IMG/VR virus record: IMGVR_UViG_3300037458_000572
DNA length: 61,734 bases
From: a virus
Direction: 5' to 3' (one strand)
The stretch's first letter is position 1. Every line of letters begins with the position of its first letter. Shown here one piece after another: positions 17,044-26,072 of the stretch. Made by a program: the position numbers and the translations under genes. The notes beneath the pieces are model-generated. The model was not told the DNA's origin, ran no database searches, and saw only the letters and a list, made by a program, of their open reading frames with translations.

Positions 17044-19710
17044 TCATAATATCGAGGGCTTCAACCCTATCCCTATAAAAGCCTGCCTGCGCGCGTTGCC
17101 ATCGTCCATTTTACCTTTTTTGACCTGCGGCAGATAGTTGGTGAGGCTATGGTAGAATTTTATCTTGCCCAGCGCGTTCAACCCACTTTTATCGGCCCAC
17201 GACCTGTAATCCTCGTACAAAAATTCGGCTACGGCCTTATGCCCATTCCCCACGTCGGCCCGCTCCGCTACCCACATCAGGAACGGGTTCATCTCCTGCA
17301 AGAATTTCTGTCGCTCTTCCTCTGCGATCTGGCTTTCAGCGAAACCCTTCCGGCGGATCAAGTCCACCGCGCCCTCCAACATCCACAAAAAAATACCGTT
17401 GCGTTCGTCTAAGAGCTTTTCCAGTAGGTCTACGTCCTTCTTCTCGCCCTCGAACCGCTGATCAAAACGCAAAATCAACACCTTCCGCGCGAACCCATAG
17501 CTTTTGTCAACGATGTTAGGCACCTCGTTCAAGGCAAAACAAAACTTCGCGCTTGGCCAAAAGTCTATGCGCTGCTTATACTTATGTTCCCCGCTCACCA
17601 TGTCGCCAGAAATGCACTTCTTCAAAACGCTTATCGCGCTGGGCTCCCTCGTCGCCATCTCCGTGCACGTCACCAGGAGCTTATCCTGCAGATATGGGAT
17701 GTTAAAACTCCGCGCCAGGTCGTCGAGGGACAGCTCTATCGTGTTTTCCTTGCCCAATAGGTTGATGAACACCTTTAGCATGGTGCTCTTGCCGTTTGCG
17801 CCCGGGCCGACCATGAACGCCGCCCGCTCGAACTTGCATGTCGGCAGCAGCAAATACCCTGCAAACTGTTGCGCAAGCTGGATCTTGTCATCTCCATCGC
17901 AGTTTTTACCGTCCTGCATGCACTCGCGCCCCTCCGGGAAAACCTCCCACAAGAACTTGATCCAGCGGTTGGCATCCGCATCCGGGTTGAACTCCACCGG
18001 CAACTGCGCCCGGCTTCCATAACCTGGGTCGTGCGGCTTCAATATCGAGCCTAAATCCACATCCTTTCCTGCCCTAACCAGTTCCTCCAGGTCGATCACC
18101 CCATTTTTTAGGTTGATCAAGTAGGGTCGGCGTACCCATTGTGTTTCCAATCGGTTCACCATGGCGCCCAGCACCTGCATGGCGCTCTTGATCCAGTCCG
18201 CCTGCACCCGGTCCTTCAATGCCTGCACGATCGTCTGCTTGATCGTATCATCGTGGAATCGCCGCCAGCAACCATCCGTGTAGCGCCAGAACACCCCGTC
18301 CGTGCAAACAAGCGGGCTGAAATATGTCGCCAAATACTTCGCCATGCTCTCCAATACGAACGCCGGGCGCCCGCCGTGCCCCCGCACCGTAAAAAACTCC
18401 ATGGGATCGATCTCGGTCGGCGGCGGCAGCGTCGGCACCCCCACCTCAACGTGGGTCGGAACGATCTCGATCTCGTGCAGCAGGCCGGACCCAAGGGGCT
18501 GATCCTCTGGTTTCCAATTCGGATCGTATCCTTCGCACCACTCTTTTAGACTCGCGTCCCCGCTGATCGCATACTTGGCATCCTGCCAGGTCTTGCCCTG
18601 GCAGCTGTTGTGCGAGCAGTGATAGAGCAGCTTCCCGCTCGTTTCCTGGCAGATCGCCGCGTCCTTGGCCTTGTGCTCGGGGTTGAACACGCACTCGCGC
18701 AGGTTGTAACGCTTGATCGCCCCATGATCGTCAACGCTGTGCAGCTCGCGGCCAAAATGCGCTAAGTATTCGGCCACCTTGAGCGGGCCGAGCCCGTTCG
18801 GGCGCTGGTTTGTCCGCTCGGTGTTCGCCTTCCGGCTGCGCTTTGCCGGAACCTGCTTGCTTTCTTTTTCTACCCCGGGTGGTTTGGCGCCGGGGGGCTC
18901 TTTGCCTTCCGCCAGACCCGCCAGCCGCTCCAGCACCGCAAGCGGCGTAACCGGCACCCGGGCGAACTCATCTGGCGCATCCGCAAAGATGAAACTCCGG
19001 CGGTGCGGCCTGTCGGCGCTTGCGAACCCCTTGCGCGCAGTCGTGCCGTACAGTTTCCAGATCCGCGACGGGTTGAAAACGGACAGGTCGAACTTGACGC
19101 GCGGGAACTCCTTGCTTAACCGCGCCTCGATTGCGTGCAGACAACGGCGCACAAGCGAGTCGCTCTTGTACTCTTTGCTCGTGAATATCTCCGGGGGAAT
19201 ATCGTCGATGCGGTAGTTGAGATGATAGCCGTTCCCCGAAAGCGCCTTGATCGGTTCGGCCAACCCCATCTCGCGCAGCCACGCCGCGCACGCCTTGGCG
19301 CAATCGAGCGTCGGCGACATCTCATCTTCGGTCGCCGAAACCCCGACCGCGTGATCGCTGTCGAAGTCCACCAGCAGCCAACGCACCGCTTGGATATGGT
19401 GGTCGGCGGTCGAAGGCCGTTTTTTTGCGGGTGTCACCAGGCGGTTTGGAGCGCGCTGGAAATGGTCACGGTGGACAAGATTTGGGGTGAAATAAATACC
19501 AGGCGCCTCGGACGCCTCCAGCGCCAGGGCCGCGCGGCCGAAGTCATCGGCGTTGTCGAAGTATCCGAACACCACGGCATCCTCGCCGGTGGCGGAACGG
19601 GCGAACCCCTCCCACGCCTTGTTTCTACCTGAAACACCGATCGCCCGGATCTCGGTAACTTCGCCGGGGGCAAAGAAAAGGCGGTATGTCTGCTTTATAT
19701 CGGTAGGCAC
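17044..19710 (-). CDS. bifunctional primase-polymerase / SF3 (D5/P4-alpha-like) helicase
   Basis: 888 aa with a GTG start. AEP motifs are LLVDFDSDH and SGNGYHL. A Cys/His cluster CQETSGKLLYHCSHNSC is present, and the Walker A is GPGANGKST. Confidence 0.9.
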   Translation of the reverse strand: MPTDIKQTYRLFFAPGEVTEIRAIGVSGRNKAWEGFARSATGEDAVVFGYFDNADDFGRAALALEASEAPGIYFTPNLVHRDHFQRAPNRLVTPAKKRPSTADHHIQAVRWLLVDFDSDHAVGVSATEDEMSPTLDCAKACAAWLREMGLAEPIKALSGNGYHLNYRIDDIPPEIFTSKEYKSDSLVRRCLHAIEARLSKEFPRVKFDLSVFNPSRIWKLYGTTARKGFASADRPHRRSFIFADAPDEFARVPVTPLAVLERLAGLAEGKEPPGAKPPGVEKESKQVPAKRSRKANTERTNQRPNGLGPLKVAEYLAHFGRELHSVDDHGAIKRYNLRECVFNPEHKAKDAAICQETSGKLLYHCSHNSCQGKTWQDAKYAISGDASLKEWCEGYDPNWKPEDQPLGSGLLHEIEIVPTHVEVGVPTLPPPTEIDPMEFFTVRGHGGRPAFVLESMAKYLATYFSPLVCTDGVFWRYTDGCWRRFHDDTIKQTIVQALKDRVQADWIKSAMQVLGAMVNRLETQWVRRPYLINLKNGVIDLEELVRAGKDVDLGSILKPHDPGYGSRAQLPVEFNPDADANRWIKFLWEVFPEGRECMQDGKNCDGDDKIQLAQQFAGYLLLPTCKFERAAFMVGPGANGKSTMLKVFINLLGKENTIELSLDDLARSFNIPYLQDKLLVTCTEMATREPSAISVLKKCISGDMVSGEHKYKQRIDFWPSAKFCFALNEVPNIVDKSYGFARKVLILRFDQRFEGEKKDVDLLEKLLDERNGIFLWMLEGAVDLIRRKGFAESQIAEEERQKFLQEMNPFLMWVAERADVGNGHKAVAEFLYEDYRSWADKSGLNALGKIKFYHSLTNYLPQVKKGKMDDGNARRQAFIGIGLKPSIL

Positions 19711-19716
19711 GCGAAC

Positions 19717-19932
19717 CTAGTAGGGCACTTCTTTTGTGATGTCGGCACAAACGTCGAACGGCGCGATGATTTCGGCCACGGATCTTAACGCATCCTCCCG
19801 GCTGCGCTGCACCATTCCGATCCACTGCCTGTGCGTATCCGGCTTGTTGGACTCCAGCGCCGGATGGTAGGCCCTCACATCAAAATCACGCCATCCGCCG
19901 CAAGGGAGCTTTATTTCATACCAAAAATACAA
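19717..19932 (-). CDS. hypothetical protein
   Basis: 71-aa ORF with a TTG start and an AAGGGAA upstream. Confidence 0.4.
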   Translation of the reverse strand: MYFWYEIKLPCGGWRDFDVRAYHPALESNKPDTHRQWIGMVQRSREDALRSVAEIIAPFDVCADITKEVPY

Positions 19933-20157
19933 AATACATTCCCTTAGACCTTAGCCAAGTCTTTCGCCCGCCGTTTACGATCTTTATTTTTTCCCGTCTT
20001 TCCCGTCTGGACATTATTTCACCTCCTTCATCCGCTCCACCTCAGCCTTGTCTTATTTTCTTGTTTATCTTTCAAGATCACGCGAAATTCTTAGCTCTCT
20101 AATCTCGGCGTTAGTCACCGCACCGCGCCCGGACGACTCGGGGCCGGGGTTGGTTTC

Positions 20158-20532
20158 TCAAACAGCACCTTGGCGCTTAATCAAACTGTAACTCTTGCCG
20201 TTACGTGCCACCATCCACGGCACCCCGCGGCGCGTGTAGTCCCGGCAGAACGAGACCAGGATCTCCCATTCATCGGCGCTTATGGCCGGCAGAACGTCGT
20301 ACAGAACGCCCGGCCCGGCCCTGAAAAGCTCCTTGCTTTTAAACCCCGCCACTATAATCATGTCCCCAAGGTCAACCGTCCGCGCGCCGTCCATGTCCGC
20401 CCGGCTGGCGCAATCCGCCGCCGCCGGACGCCGGCAGATCCCGCGCGCCGTCAGCCCCCAGGAACCTGCTACCGGCGGCAGGCAATGCGGACACGCGGCG
20501 TGGTACATACGGCACAATGACAGTTGTTTCAT
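20158..20532 (-). CDS. hypothetical protein
   Basis: 124-aa ORF overlapping the upstream stop by 4 nt. Confidence 0.45.
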   Translation of the reverse strand: MKQLSLCRMYHAACPHCLPPVAGSWGLTARGICRRPAAADCASRADMDGARTVDLGDMIIVAGFKSKELFRAGPGVLYDVLPAISADEWEILVSFCRDYTRRGVPWMVARNGKSYSLIKRQGAV

Positions 20533-20738
20533 CCATCCACCTTCGCGCTATCACCCTTGATTTTAACCCACTCATCTATCTCCCGCGAATCGTACTTCTT
20601 CGCTCCCGCTACCATGTGTCCCGGAACGTCCAGCCGCCGGAAGCTCCGCGGCGACACCCCCAGGTAGGCCGCCGCCTCGTCCGCCGAAAGAATCGGCGTG
20701 CTCAACCGCACGCCGCGTCCCATGTCGATGGTTTTCAT
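20529..20738 (-). CDS. excisionase/AlpA-type HTH DNA-binding protein
   Basis: 69 aa. LSADEAAAYLGVSPRSFRRL is typical of MerR-like HTH_17/excisionase proteins. Confidence 0.65.
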   Translation of the reverse strand: MKTIDMGRGVRLSTPILSADEAAAYLGVSPRSFRRLDVPGHMVAGAKKYDSREIDEWVKIKGDSAKVDG

Positions 20739-20917
20739 GCTTCCTCCAGCGCCTCGATCCGAACCATGTGCACCGCGCGCGGCATGGTATGACCGGACTC
20801 CCAGCGGCTTATCGTGCTCTTTTTAACCCCCATACGTTCGGCCAGGTCCGCCATGGTCCATCCGTGAGCGGCCCTTAGCCGCAATATCCGCTCGGCAACG
20901 CCATTCCGGCCGTCCAT
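20735..20917 (-). CDS. XRE-family HTH protein
   Basis: 60 aa counted from the internal ATG at 20917, which overlaps the upstream stop by 1 nt. Motif: WTMADLAERMGVKKSTISRWESG. Confidence 0.75.
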   Translation of the reverse strand: MDGRNGVAERILRLRAAHGWTMADLAERMGVKKSTISRWESGHTMPRAVHMVRIEALEEA

Positions 20918-21309
20918 CAGAACCCCATCTCCACCCCGATGCTTGCGTTGTGCGCCACCACCCCGGCCTGAAATACAATCGTCATATACTGCCACGGCTC
21001 GCGCCATCCGGGCGGCAGCGCCATCGCCACCGCCGTATGCGCCAGGATACCCGCCGCAAAATAGGCGTTCACCGCCGAAAGCGAGGGGTGCCTGCCAAGC
21101 ACAGGATTGCTTTCGTAGAACCGATCCGGATTTCGTGCAATGTCCCGCGTCTGCATCCAATCAAGCGCCAGCGACGCCGCTACCCCCGCCTGCCGGTAAG
21201 AATCCGCGCGCGACCATCCTCCGTTAGCGCACCCGCAAACGGTAAGGCCGGCCACCGCTGCGCAGCCGGCCATCAGTTTGAACACTAGGATCAAGCGACC
21301 CTCCAGCAC
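20917..21309 (-). CDS. hypothetical lipoprotein/membrane protein
   Basis: 130 aa with a lipobox-like LMAGC and hydrophobic segments. Confidence 0.55.
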   Translation of the reverse strand: MLEGRLILVFKLMAGCAAVAGLTVCGCANGGWSRADSYRQAGVAASLALDWMQTRDIARNPDRFYESNPVLGRHPSLSAVNAYFAAGILAHTAVAMALPPGWREPWQYMTIVFQAGVVAHNASIGVEMGF

Positions 21310-21569
21310 CGGACACCGTTCTTGATCCTACCGTCAGACGCCGATGCCTCGGTGACCTTCTTGACGCTGAACTTGATTCCAATGCCCTTGGAAAATCTGC
21401 GCGCAGCGTTCGTTACCGAACTAAGCGCTTTGCTAACCGCCTCACTCGTCTCGCCATGGACAAAAAACGAATCTCCTACCTTTTGCATTTCGCTGAACGG
21501 ATATTTCCTGCTTACTCGCACCGATACCTCTGCCACCGGTACGCCCTTCTCAATCTCGATCTTTTCCAT
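21291..21569 (-). CDS. hypothetical protein
   Basis: 92-aa ORF. The KYPFSEMQKVGDSFFV segment resembles small conserved phage proteins; this is from memory only. Confidence 0.55.
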   Translation of the reverse strand: MEKIEIEKGVPVAEVSVRVSRKYPFSEMQKVGDSFFVHGETSEAVSKALSSVTNAARRFSKGIGIKFSVKKVTEASASDGRIKNGVRCWRVA

Positions 21570-21611
21570 CTCTTTAAATCCTTTCTTTTTGTTTTTAGTA
21601 TAGCCCTATGC

Positions 21612-21881
21612 TCAATTCATCTTCATCCCCGCCGCTTTCATTTTTTCAGTATCAGGCAGCGGGCCGAACTGCGCCTCATAATGTGCCACCATCCGCGCCA
21701 GCAGCAAAGATACGCTCTTGGCGTGCTGCGGGCTCATTACCACGACCACCAGCTCCTGCGGTTGTTCTGCACCGTCCCGCATTCTGCGGAACACCAACTC
21801 AAAATCAAATAATGATAAATGGCATTGCAGGTTGTTGGCGTAGATCGTCAGCGGCAGGTCACTTTCCATCGCAGCCACCAT
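21612..21881 (-). CDS. DUF3467-like protein
   Basis: 89 aa. The pattern FDFELVF...VVVVMSPQHAKSVSLLLARMVAHYEAQFGPLP matches my memory of DUF3467. Confidence 0.55.
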   Translation of the reverse strand: MVAAMESDLPLTIYANNLQCHLSLFDFELVFRRMRDGAEQPQELVVVVMSPQHAKSVSLLLARMVAHYEAQFGPLPDTEKMKAAGMKMN

Positions 21882-22353
21882 CCTCCAACTTACCGTTCAT
21901 CGCGGGCTCGGTTTCGAACCGGGCGCCGCACCGGCCGCAGAACAACGCCTGCCGCATCAAAATCTTATCCTCGCGCGCGCCGATTATGATCCGGCTCACC
22001 GAGTACACAGCGTAGTTCTCTTCAAAGCACGCGCAGCCACACTCCGCGCACGGTCGCAGCCGTGCGTTTTCCTTCACGAACGCGGGAATCTTCTCGTTCG
22101 GCATCAGCCAGCCGCAACCGCGGCAGCTCATCAAATCCACAAACGCCAACTGCTCGCCCGCACCGCCGATCGCGGCGGGCACGGCCATGATCTGCGTCAT
22201 TTTCCGGAAATACTCCCCGGCGCACAATGGGCAGCGCCGGTTGACAATATTCTCCGAGGACACCGCCACCGTCCTGACCCCACCGTAAACCGGGTCCTCC
22301 GGAGGGTACTTGCGCCCGTGCCATAAATGCTGCTCATTAAACCTGCGCCCCAT
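21859..22353 (-). CDS. multi-zinc-ribbon protein
   Basis: 164 aa with several CxxC pairs: CPLC, CRGC, CAEC, CGRC. Confidence 0.5.
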   Translation of the reverse strand: MGRRFNEQHLWHGRKYPPEDPVYGGVRTVAVSSENIVNRRCPLCAGEYFRKMTQIMAVPAAIGGAGEQLAFVDLMSCRGCGWLMPNEKIPAFVKENARLRPCAECGCACFEENYAVYSVSRIIIGAREDKILMRQALFCGRCGARFETEPAMNGKLEDGGCDGK

Positions 22354-22576
22354 TATTTCCTCCTTCTGCGCGCCGGGGCGCCGCCATCGCCTGCAGCTTC
22401 ATGCCGGGGGATCCCAGCCATACCGCCAGCGCCATCAACTGCTCGCCCGCGCACCGCGGGCAAAAACGCTTCGGGCGCCGGCTGATCGTGTTGCAGTTTA
22501 TGCATACCAGCGCCTCGCAAAGCGGTATCTGCTCCATGTTCTGCGCGATTTTTTCTTTCATTGCTTTTGCCTCCAT
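22337..22576 (-). CDS. zinc-ribbon protein
   Basis: 79 aa with CINC...CPRC. An alternative start at 22561 forms an ATGA overlap with the upstream small ORF. Confidence 0.5.
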   Translation of the reverse strand: MEAKAMKEKIAQNMEQIPLCEALVCINCNTISRRPKRFCPRCAGEQLMALAVWLGSPGMKLQAMAAPRRAEGGNNGAQV

Positions 22577-22719
22577 GCCGCGACCGCGCGCAGGTTGGCA
22601 AGCTCTGCCTGCGCATCAAATAATTTCTGTTCGACATCCTCTAAACGGCGAGCGCAAAAAAAGGCCGCCATACCGAGGCCGCATAAAAAACCGACGATCC
22701 ACACCAGCACCCCCGTCAT
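22558..22719 (-). CDS. small TM + coiled-coil protein (below the ORF-track size cutoff)
   Basis: 53 aa, MTGVLVWIVGFLCGLGMAAFFCARRLEDVEQKLFDAQAELANLRAVAAWRQKQ, translated by hand. It has an ATGA overlap with the SLT stop. Confidence 0.4.
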   Translation of the reverse strand: MTGVLVWIVGFLCGLGMAAFFCARRLEDVEQKLFDAQAELANLRAVAAWRQKQ

Positions 22720-23213
22720 GCCGTCGCCCCCGCTCCGCCCGCGCGGATCCTCTCAGCCGTCGCCAGCACATGCCGCACGTACAAAAAGTTTACATATTCG
22801 CCGTCAGGATTAAGACGCGGGCTGCCGGCGTTGTAGGCGGCTATCGCGTCCGGCAGCCCCCAGCGCTTGACGCACCTGTTAAAGTACCGACACCCAAGCT
22901 CGATTTGCTGATCCATGCTGGCTAAAATCTCCGTCAGCCAACCCCTGTATCCCATCTCGCGCAGGTTGGCTCCCATGACCTGCATCAGTCCCAGGCTGGT
23001 TTTCTGCAGCATTTCCTCCGTCTCGACGCTGCATCCAGGCGGGCGCACGCGCCGCGGGTCGAAAAGGTGGCGGTAATCGGGTTCGTAGCGCGCCGCGGCC
23101 GGCTCGCAACCGCTCTCCACCGCAACGATCGCCATCACCAGCGCCGGATCCAACTCATACACATCCGCCCACCGCTTAACCACCGCCACCAAAATGGGAT
23201 CATCGGGTTTCAT
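22716..23213 (-). CDS. lytic transglycosylase (SLT domain), putative endolysin
   Basis: 165 aa. SLT motifs are AVESG (catalytic Glu), GLMQVM and AYNAG. Confidence 0.85.
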   Translation of the reverse strand: MKPDDPILVAVVKRWADVYELDPALVMAIVAVESGCEPAAARYEPDYRHLFDPRRVRPPGCSVETEEMLQKTSLGLMQVMGANLREMGYRGWLTEILASMDQQIELGCRYFNRCVKRWGLPDAIAAYNAGSPRLNPDGEYVNFLYVRHVLATAERIRAGGAGATA

Positions 23214-23391
23214 GCACCCCTCCTTTCTGCCAATCGCGGATCGAACAGGTAGGGGGATCCGGCTCGTATCGCACGGCCCAGGGGTTGCCCTCGCTCTCCG
23301 CCTGCACCAGCGCCATGACCAGCGCCGGTTCGGTGTCGTACACCCCGGGGCAATGATTCACTGCCGCCACAATCTCGCCGCTGAAATTCAT
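23200..23391 (-). pseudogene. truncated paralogue of the SLT N-terminus
   Basis: The 63-aa ORF segment EPALVMALVQAESEGNPWAVRYEPD parallels DPALVMAIVAVESGCEPAAARYEPD of the adjacent full-length gene. DNA similarity is also visible. Confidence 0.5.
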
Positions 23392-23412
23392 TTCGCAACC
23401 TCCGCAACTAGT

Positions 23413-23655
23413 TTACTCGGCATATTTAGTGATCATTTTCATAACAAGTTCTGCAATTCGCATTTCTGCGTATCTATATATAAAAATTATAATCTTATTT
23501 TCTGCTTCTATCGGTGTTATTAAATATTCATATACAAAATATTCTTTACCTGTCGTAAACTTATATATATATTTATTAGGGCAGCCTATTAACTCAAGAA
23601 CACTTCCGTCAAGTGGTCCTCCAATAAATAAAAAACTATTTATTTTATATCCCAT
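23413..23655 (-). CDS. hypothetical protein (AT-rich island)
   Basis: 80-aa ORF with AT-rich codon usage, adjacent to the HNH gene. Confidence 0.45.
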   Translation of the reverse strand: MGYKINSFLFIGGPLDGSVLELIGCPNKYIYKFTTGKEYFVYEYLITPIEAENKIIIFIYRYAEMRIAELVMKMITKYAE

Positions 23656-23656
23656 T

Positions 23657-24316
23657 TTAATTTTTTTTCTTCAGTCTATTTATTCTTTTATATTCGTTAG
23701 CACAACCTTTGTGCCCTCTATTTTGTCCATCTTTTGTTATAATTAAGTTTTGTTTTGAGTCATATTCTTTGCAAATTGGGCATTTTATATTATTGGAATC
23801 GCCGCTTTCTTTTAATGCACGTTCTCTCTGGTGCAAAAGCATATGATATGCTTGGTTCTCGCATACAACGAGGTTGTTGTTGCTGTTATCTTTCCTGTCT
23901 CCATTAACGTGATGGATGACTACTCCTTCACGAAGAGTAGTTCCTAATATTTTTTCTACGATAAATATATGCTCTAAAACATAATTTTTGATGGCTCTTT
24001 TATGCCCAGGAATATGTATCATTACATATCCATATATATGACTTATTTTTCCGTTTTTCCAATTTGCGTGTTTAACGCCTTTGCGCCAACGATCACAGCC
24101 GCAAGACTTTGTTTTGTTTTCAACCAGGTAGGGCGACAATACAGCACAATGATTGCCACAATCACAAACACATTCCCATTTAGCTCTATACTTTTTTGGG
24201 TTATTTGGTTTATAATGTATTCTTTTTAAAGCAACCAATTTCCCAAATCTTTTCCCTGTTAAATCTTCGGCCTTCCAAGTCATTTTTTTGCCTTCCATGT
24301 GTTGTCGGTCGGTCAT
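23657..24316 (-). CDS. HNH homing endonuclease
   Basis: 219 aa. HHVNGDRKDNSNNNLVVCENQAYHMLLH is an HNH motif. Cys clusters CVCDC and CGC are also present. Confidence 0.85.
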   Translation of the reverse strand: MTDRQHMEGKKMTWKAEDLTGKRFGKLVALKRIHYKPNNPKKYRAKWECVCDCGNHCAVLSPYLVENKTKSCGCDRWRKGVKHANWKNGKISHIYGYVMIHIPGHKRAIKNYVLEHIFIVEKILGTTLREGVVIHHVNGDRKDNSNNNLVVCENQAYHMLLHQRERALKESGDSNNIKCPICKEYDSKQNLIITKDGQNRGHKGCANEYKRINRLKKKN

Positions 24317-24380
24317 ATTTGGGGCTTTATAATCATCAGATATGGCGATTATCTCTAACAGAAAATCAATTTGGCCCTTT

Positions 24381-24426
24381 CATAAAATAAAAGGGCGCGC
24401 GGCCACCTACGCCAAACGCGCCCTTT
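24381..24426 (-). terminator. rho-independent terminator
   Basis: On the minus strand, stem AAAGGGCGCG/CGCGCCCTTT is followed by TATTTTAT. It lies downstream of 24449..24682. Confidence 0.7.
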
Positions 24427-24448
24427 GAAATTTGCTTCTGCCCGCTGC

Positions 24449-24682
24449 CTATCCAGGCGGGTCCTGGGCCTGGGCCTCGATTATCGACGTCGCAAAGTCT
24501 TCCATCCCCTGGGCCTTTTCCAGGTCCTTTCGAACGTTCTTTATATACCGCCGGAGTTCTATCGCATCCTCTGCGATCCGCGCGCTGTGGCTGAGACCCG
24601 CGAGCGCCTGTCTCTCCAGCCGCTCGATGCCGATATCCGCGATATAAATCACCGCAGCGATCACTTCTTTGGTCGTGTTCAT
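24449..24682 (-). CDS. hypothetical protein
   Basis: 77-aa helical-looking ORF, followed by a terminator. Confidence 0.5.
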   Translation of the reverse strand: MNTTKEVIAAVIYIADIGIERLERQALAGLSHSARIAEDAIELRRYIKNVRKDLEKAQGMEDFATSIIEAQAQDPPG

Positions 24683-24939
24683 TTTTGCCTACCTTGTGAT
24701 TTTGACGTTGCCGGACGTAAAAAAAAACCGCCCGAGATGTGTCAACGCTCACAAGTAAGCGCCCAGGCCCTCGCGGAGTCCCGGCATCTCGGACGGAATC
24801 TTTTGAACCGTCAAATACAGCACCCCCTCTCGGCGCCTCATTGGCTCCCAAGGGATGGGCGCTACTTGTGCTTTTGACGGTTTTATTCTCGCACATACTG
24901 CCCCGCGTCGTCAACATGATCCGTGGTAGCTTCCGGGCC

Positions 24940-25794
24940 TTATTTTAAAATCTTCACCCAGCCGGCGGCGTTCCGGTGTCCACCGCCGCCGCGCAACCGC
25001 GCCAACTCGCCCACGTCCACGGCCTGCGAGTAAAGGCGGTTCACCCTTACCAGCCGTCCGCCGCGCAATTCGTCATGGTAGCAATGCAGCACATTGTGCC
25101 CCATCTCCCGCGCGGCCTCGCCCAACTCCCCCGTTCCAGGAAAATTGAGCGTCAGCACCGTCATATTGTCCGTACCGTGCAGCGGCACGACGCGGCCGTA
25201 ACGCATCAATATCTGGCGTATGCTTTTCTCTTTGGCCTTATAGATGATCTCCCCGTCTGCCAGCTCGTCGTATATTTGGGCCGGTCCAGGGGCAAGCCAC
25301 CGATCCCACACCGTGCTGCTCGGCCTCGGGTCCTGCTGCCAAAACGCCTCATGGAAATACTTGCTCATAACACCATATTTTAACTCCCATACGTCCCGGT
25401 CGGCTATCAGCTTCACCGGCAACGGCGCGGGGATGTCCGGGTTGCAATAGGTCCATGTCATCAGGCAGGCGGCCTGCTGCGTTCCGCGCCGCCCCGGAAG
25501 ACCGCCGAACTCTTTGCCCAGCGCGTCTATCGCCGTCTGGTGATGATCGATCCAAACAAGTTCGCCTACCAAACCGCGCAGCCGCCGGAAATCACCCGCA
25601 GGTAGCGAAAAATCCAGCACCCACGCCTCCACAGCGCCGGGCTCCCGCCCCTCGAAATGCGACCAGTCGACCGCCTGCCCGTAATCCATTGGCACATACC
25701 GGCATTCCTGCTTCATAAACCGCCCATCCCGCCCGGCGATTGCCGCGCAACAAAGCCCGTCGGCGTCCGTGTGGTGCAGTATCACCCTCATCAT
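24940..25794 (-). CDS. DHH/DHHA1-family phosphoesterase
   Basis: 284 aa. Motifs occur in order: HHTDADG, VLDFS, IDHH, ADRD and the C-terminal GGGGHRNAAGW. Confidence 0.8.
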   Translation of the reverse strand: MMRVILHHTDADGLCCAAIAGRDGRFMKQECRYVPMDYGQAVDWSHFEGREPGAVEAWVLDFSLPAGDFRRLRGLVGELVWIDHHQTAIDALGKEFGGLPGRRGTQQAACLMTWTYCNPDIPAPLPVKLIADRDVWELKYGVMSKYFHEAFWQQDPRPSSTVWDRWLAPGPAQIYDELADGEIIYKAKEKSIRQILMRYGRVVPLHGTDNMTVLTLNFPGTGELGEAAREMGHNVLHCYHDELRGGRLVRVNRLYSQAVDVGELARLRGGGGHRNAAGWVKILK

Positions 25795-26072
25795 CGTTGT
25801 CTACCTTTCCCGGAGCAGCCTGCGCACCTTTCCTCGTCAGGGATTTTTCCTGCGCGCACTTGCTCGGCGGAATATCCGTGCTCCATGAACCACTCCAGTT
25901 CCATGCGTTTGTGCCGTGACGTTTTTTCATCTATTGTTTCTATGGCGGCATCATTAGCTATCGCTTTTTGCCGCCACGCCTGATACTCAACCCACACCGG
26001 TTTATATTTGAAACCTCTGCCGGAGCATGCCGGGCATATCTGCTCGCTTTCAACCAATCTCTGCTTATCCAT
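25791..26072 (-). CDS. DnaJ-type zinc-finger-like small protein
   Basis: 93 aa counted from the internal ATG (MDKQ) preceded by GGAGG. It has two CxxCxGxG motifs, CPACSGRG and CAGCSGKG. Confidence 0.6.
   Translation of the reverse strand: MDKQRLVESEQICPACSGRGFKYKPVWVEYQAWRQKAIANDAAIETIDEKTSRHKRMELEWFMEHGYSAEQVRAGKIPDEERCAGCSGKGRQR

Larger units (their letters stand above)
23395..24365 (-). mobile_element. AT-rich island carrying an HNH homing endonuclease
   Basis: Base composition shifts abruptly, by eye, relative to the GC-rich flanks. The island contains the HNH gene and one AT-rich ORF. It begins just downstream of a terminator. Confidence 0.6.

Noticed and set aside
21905-21925. tRNA-like T-arm sequence (ggtttcgaaccggg). 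The window was also scanned generally for tRNA genes.
   Set aside because: It lies inside a coding ORF, with no acceptor or anticodon stems around it. No GGTTCGAATCC-type T-loop with a matching acceptor stem was seen anywhere.
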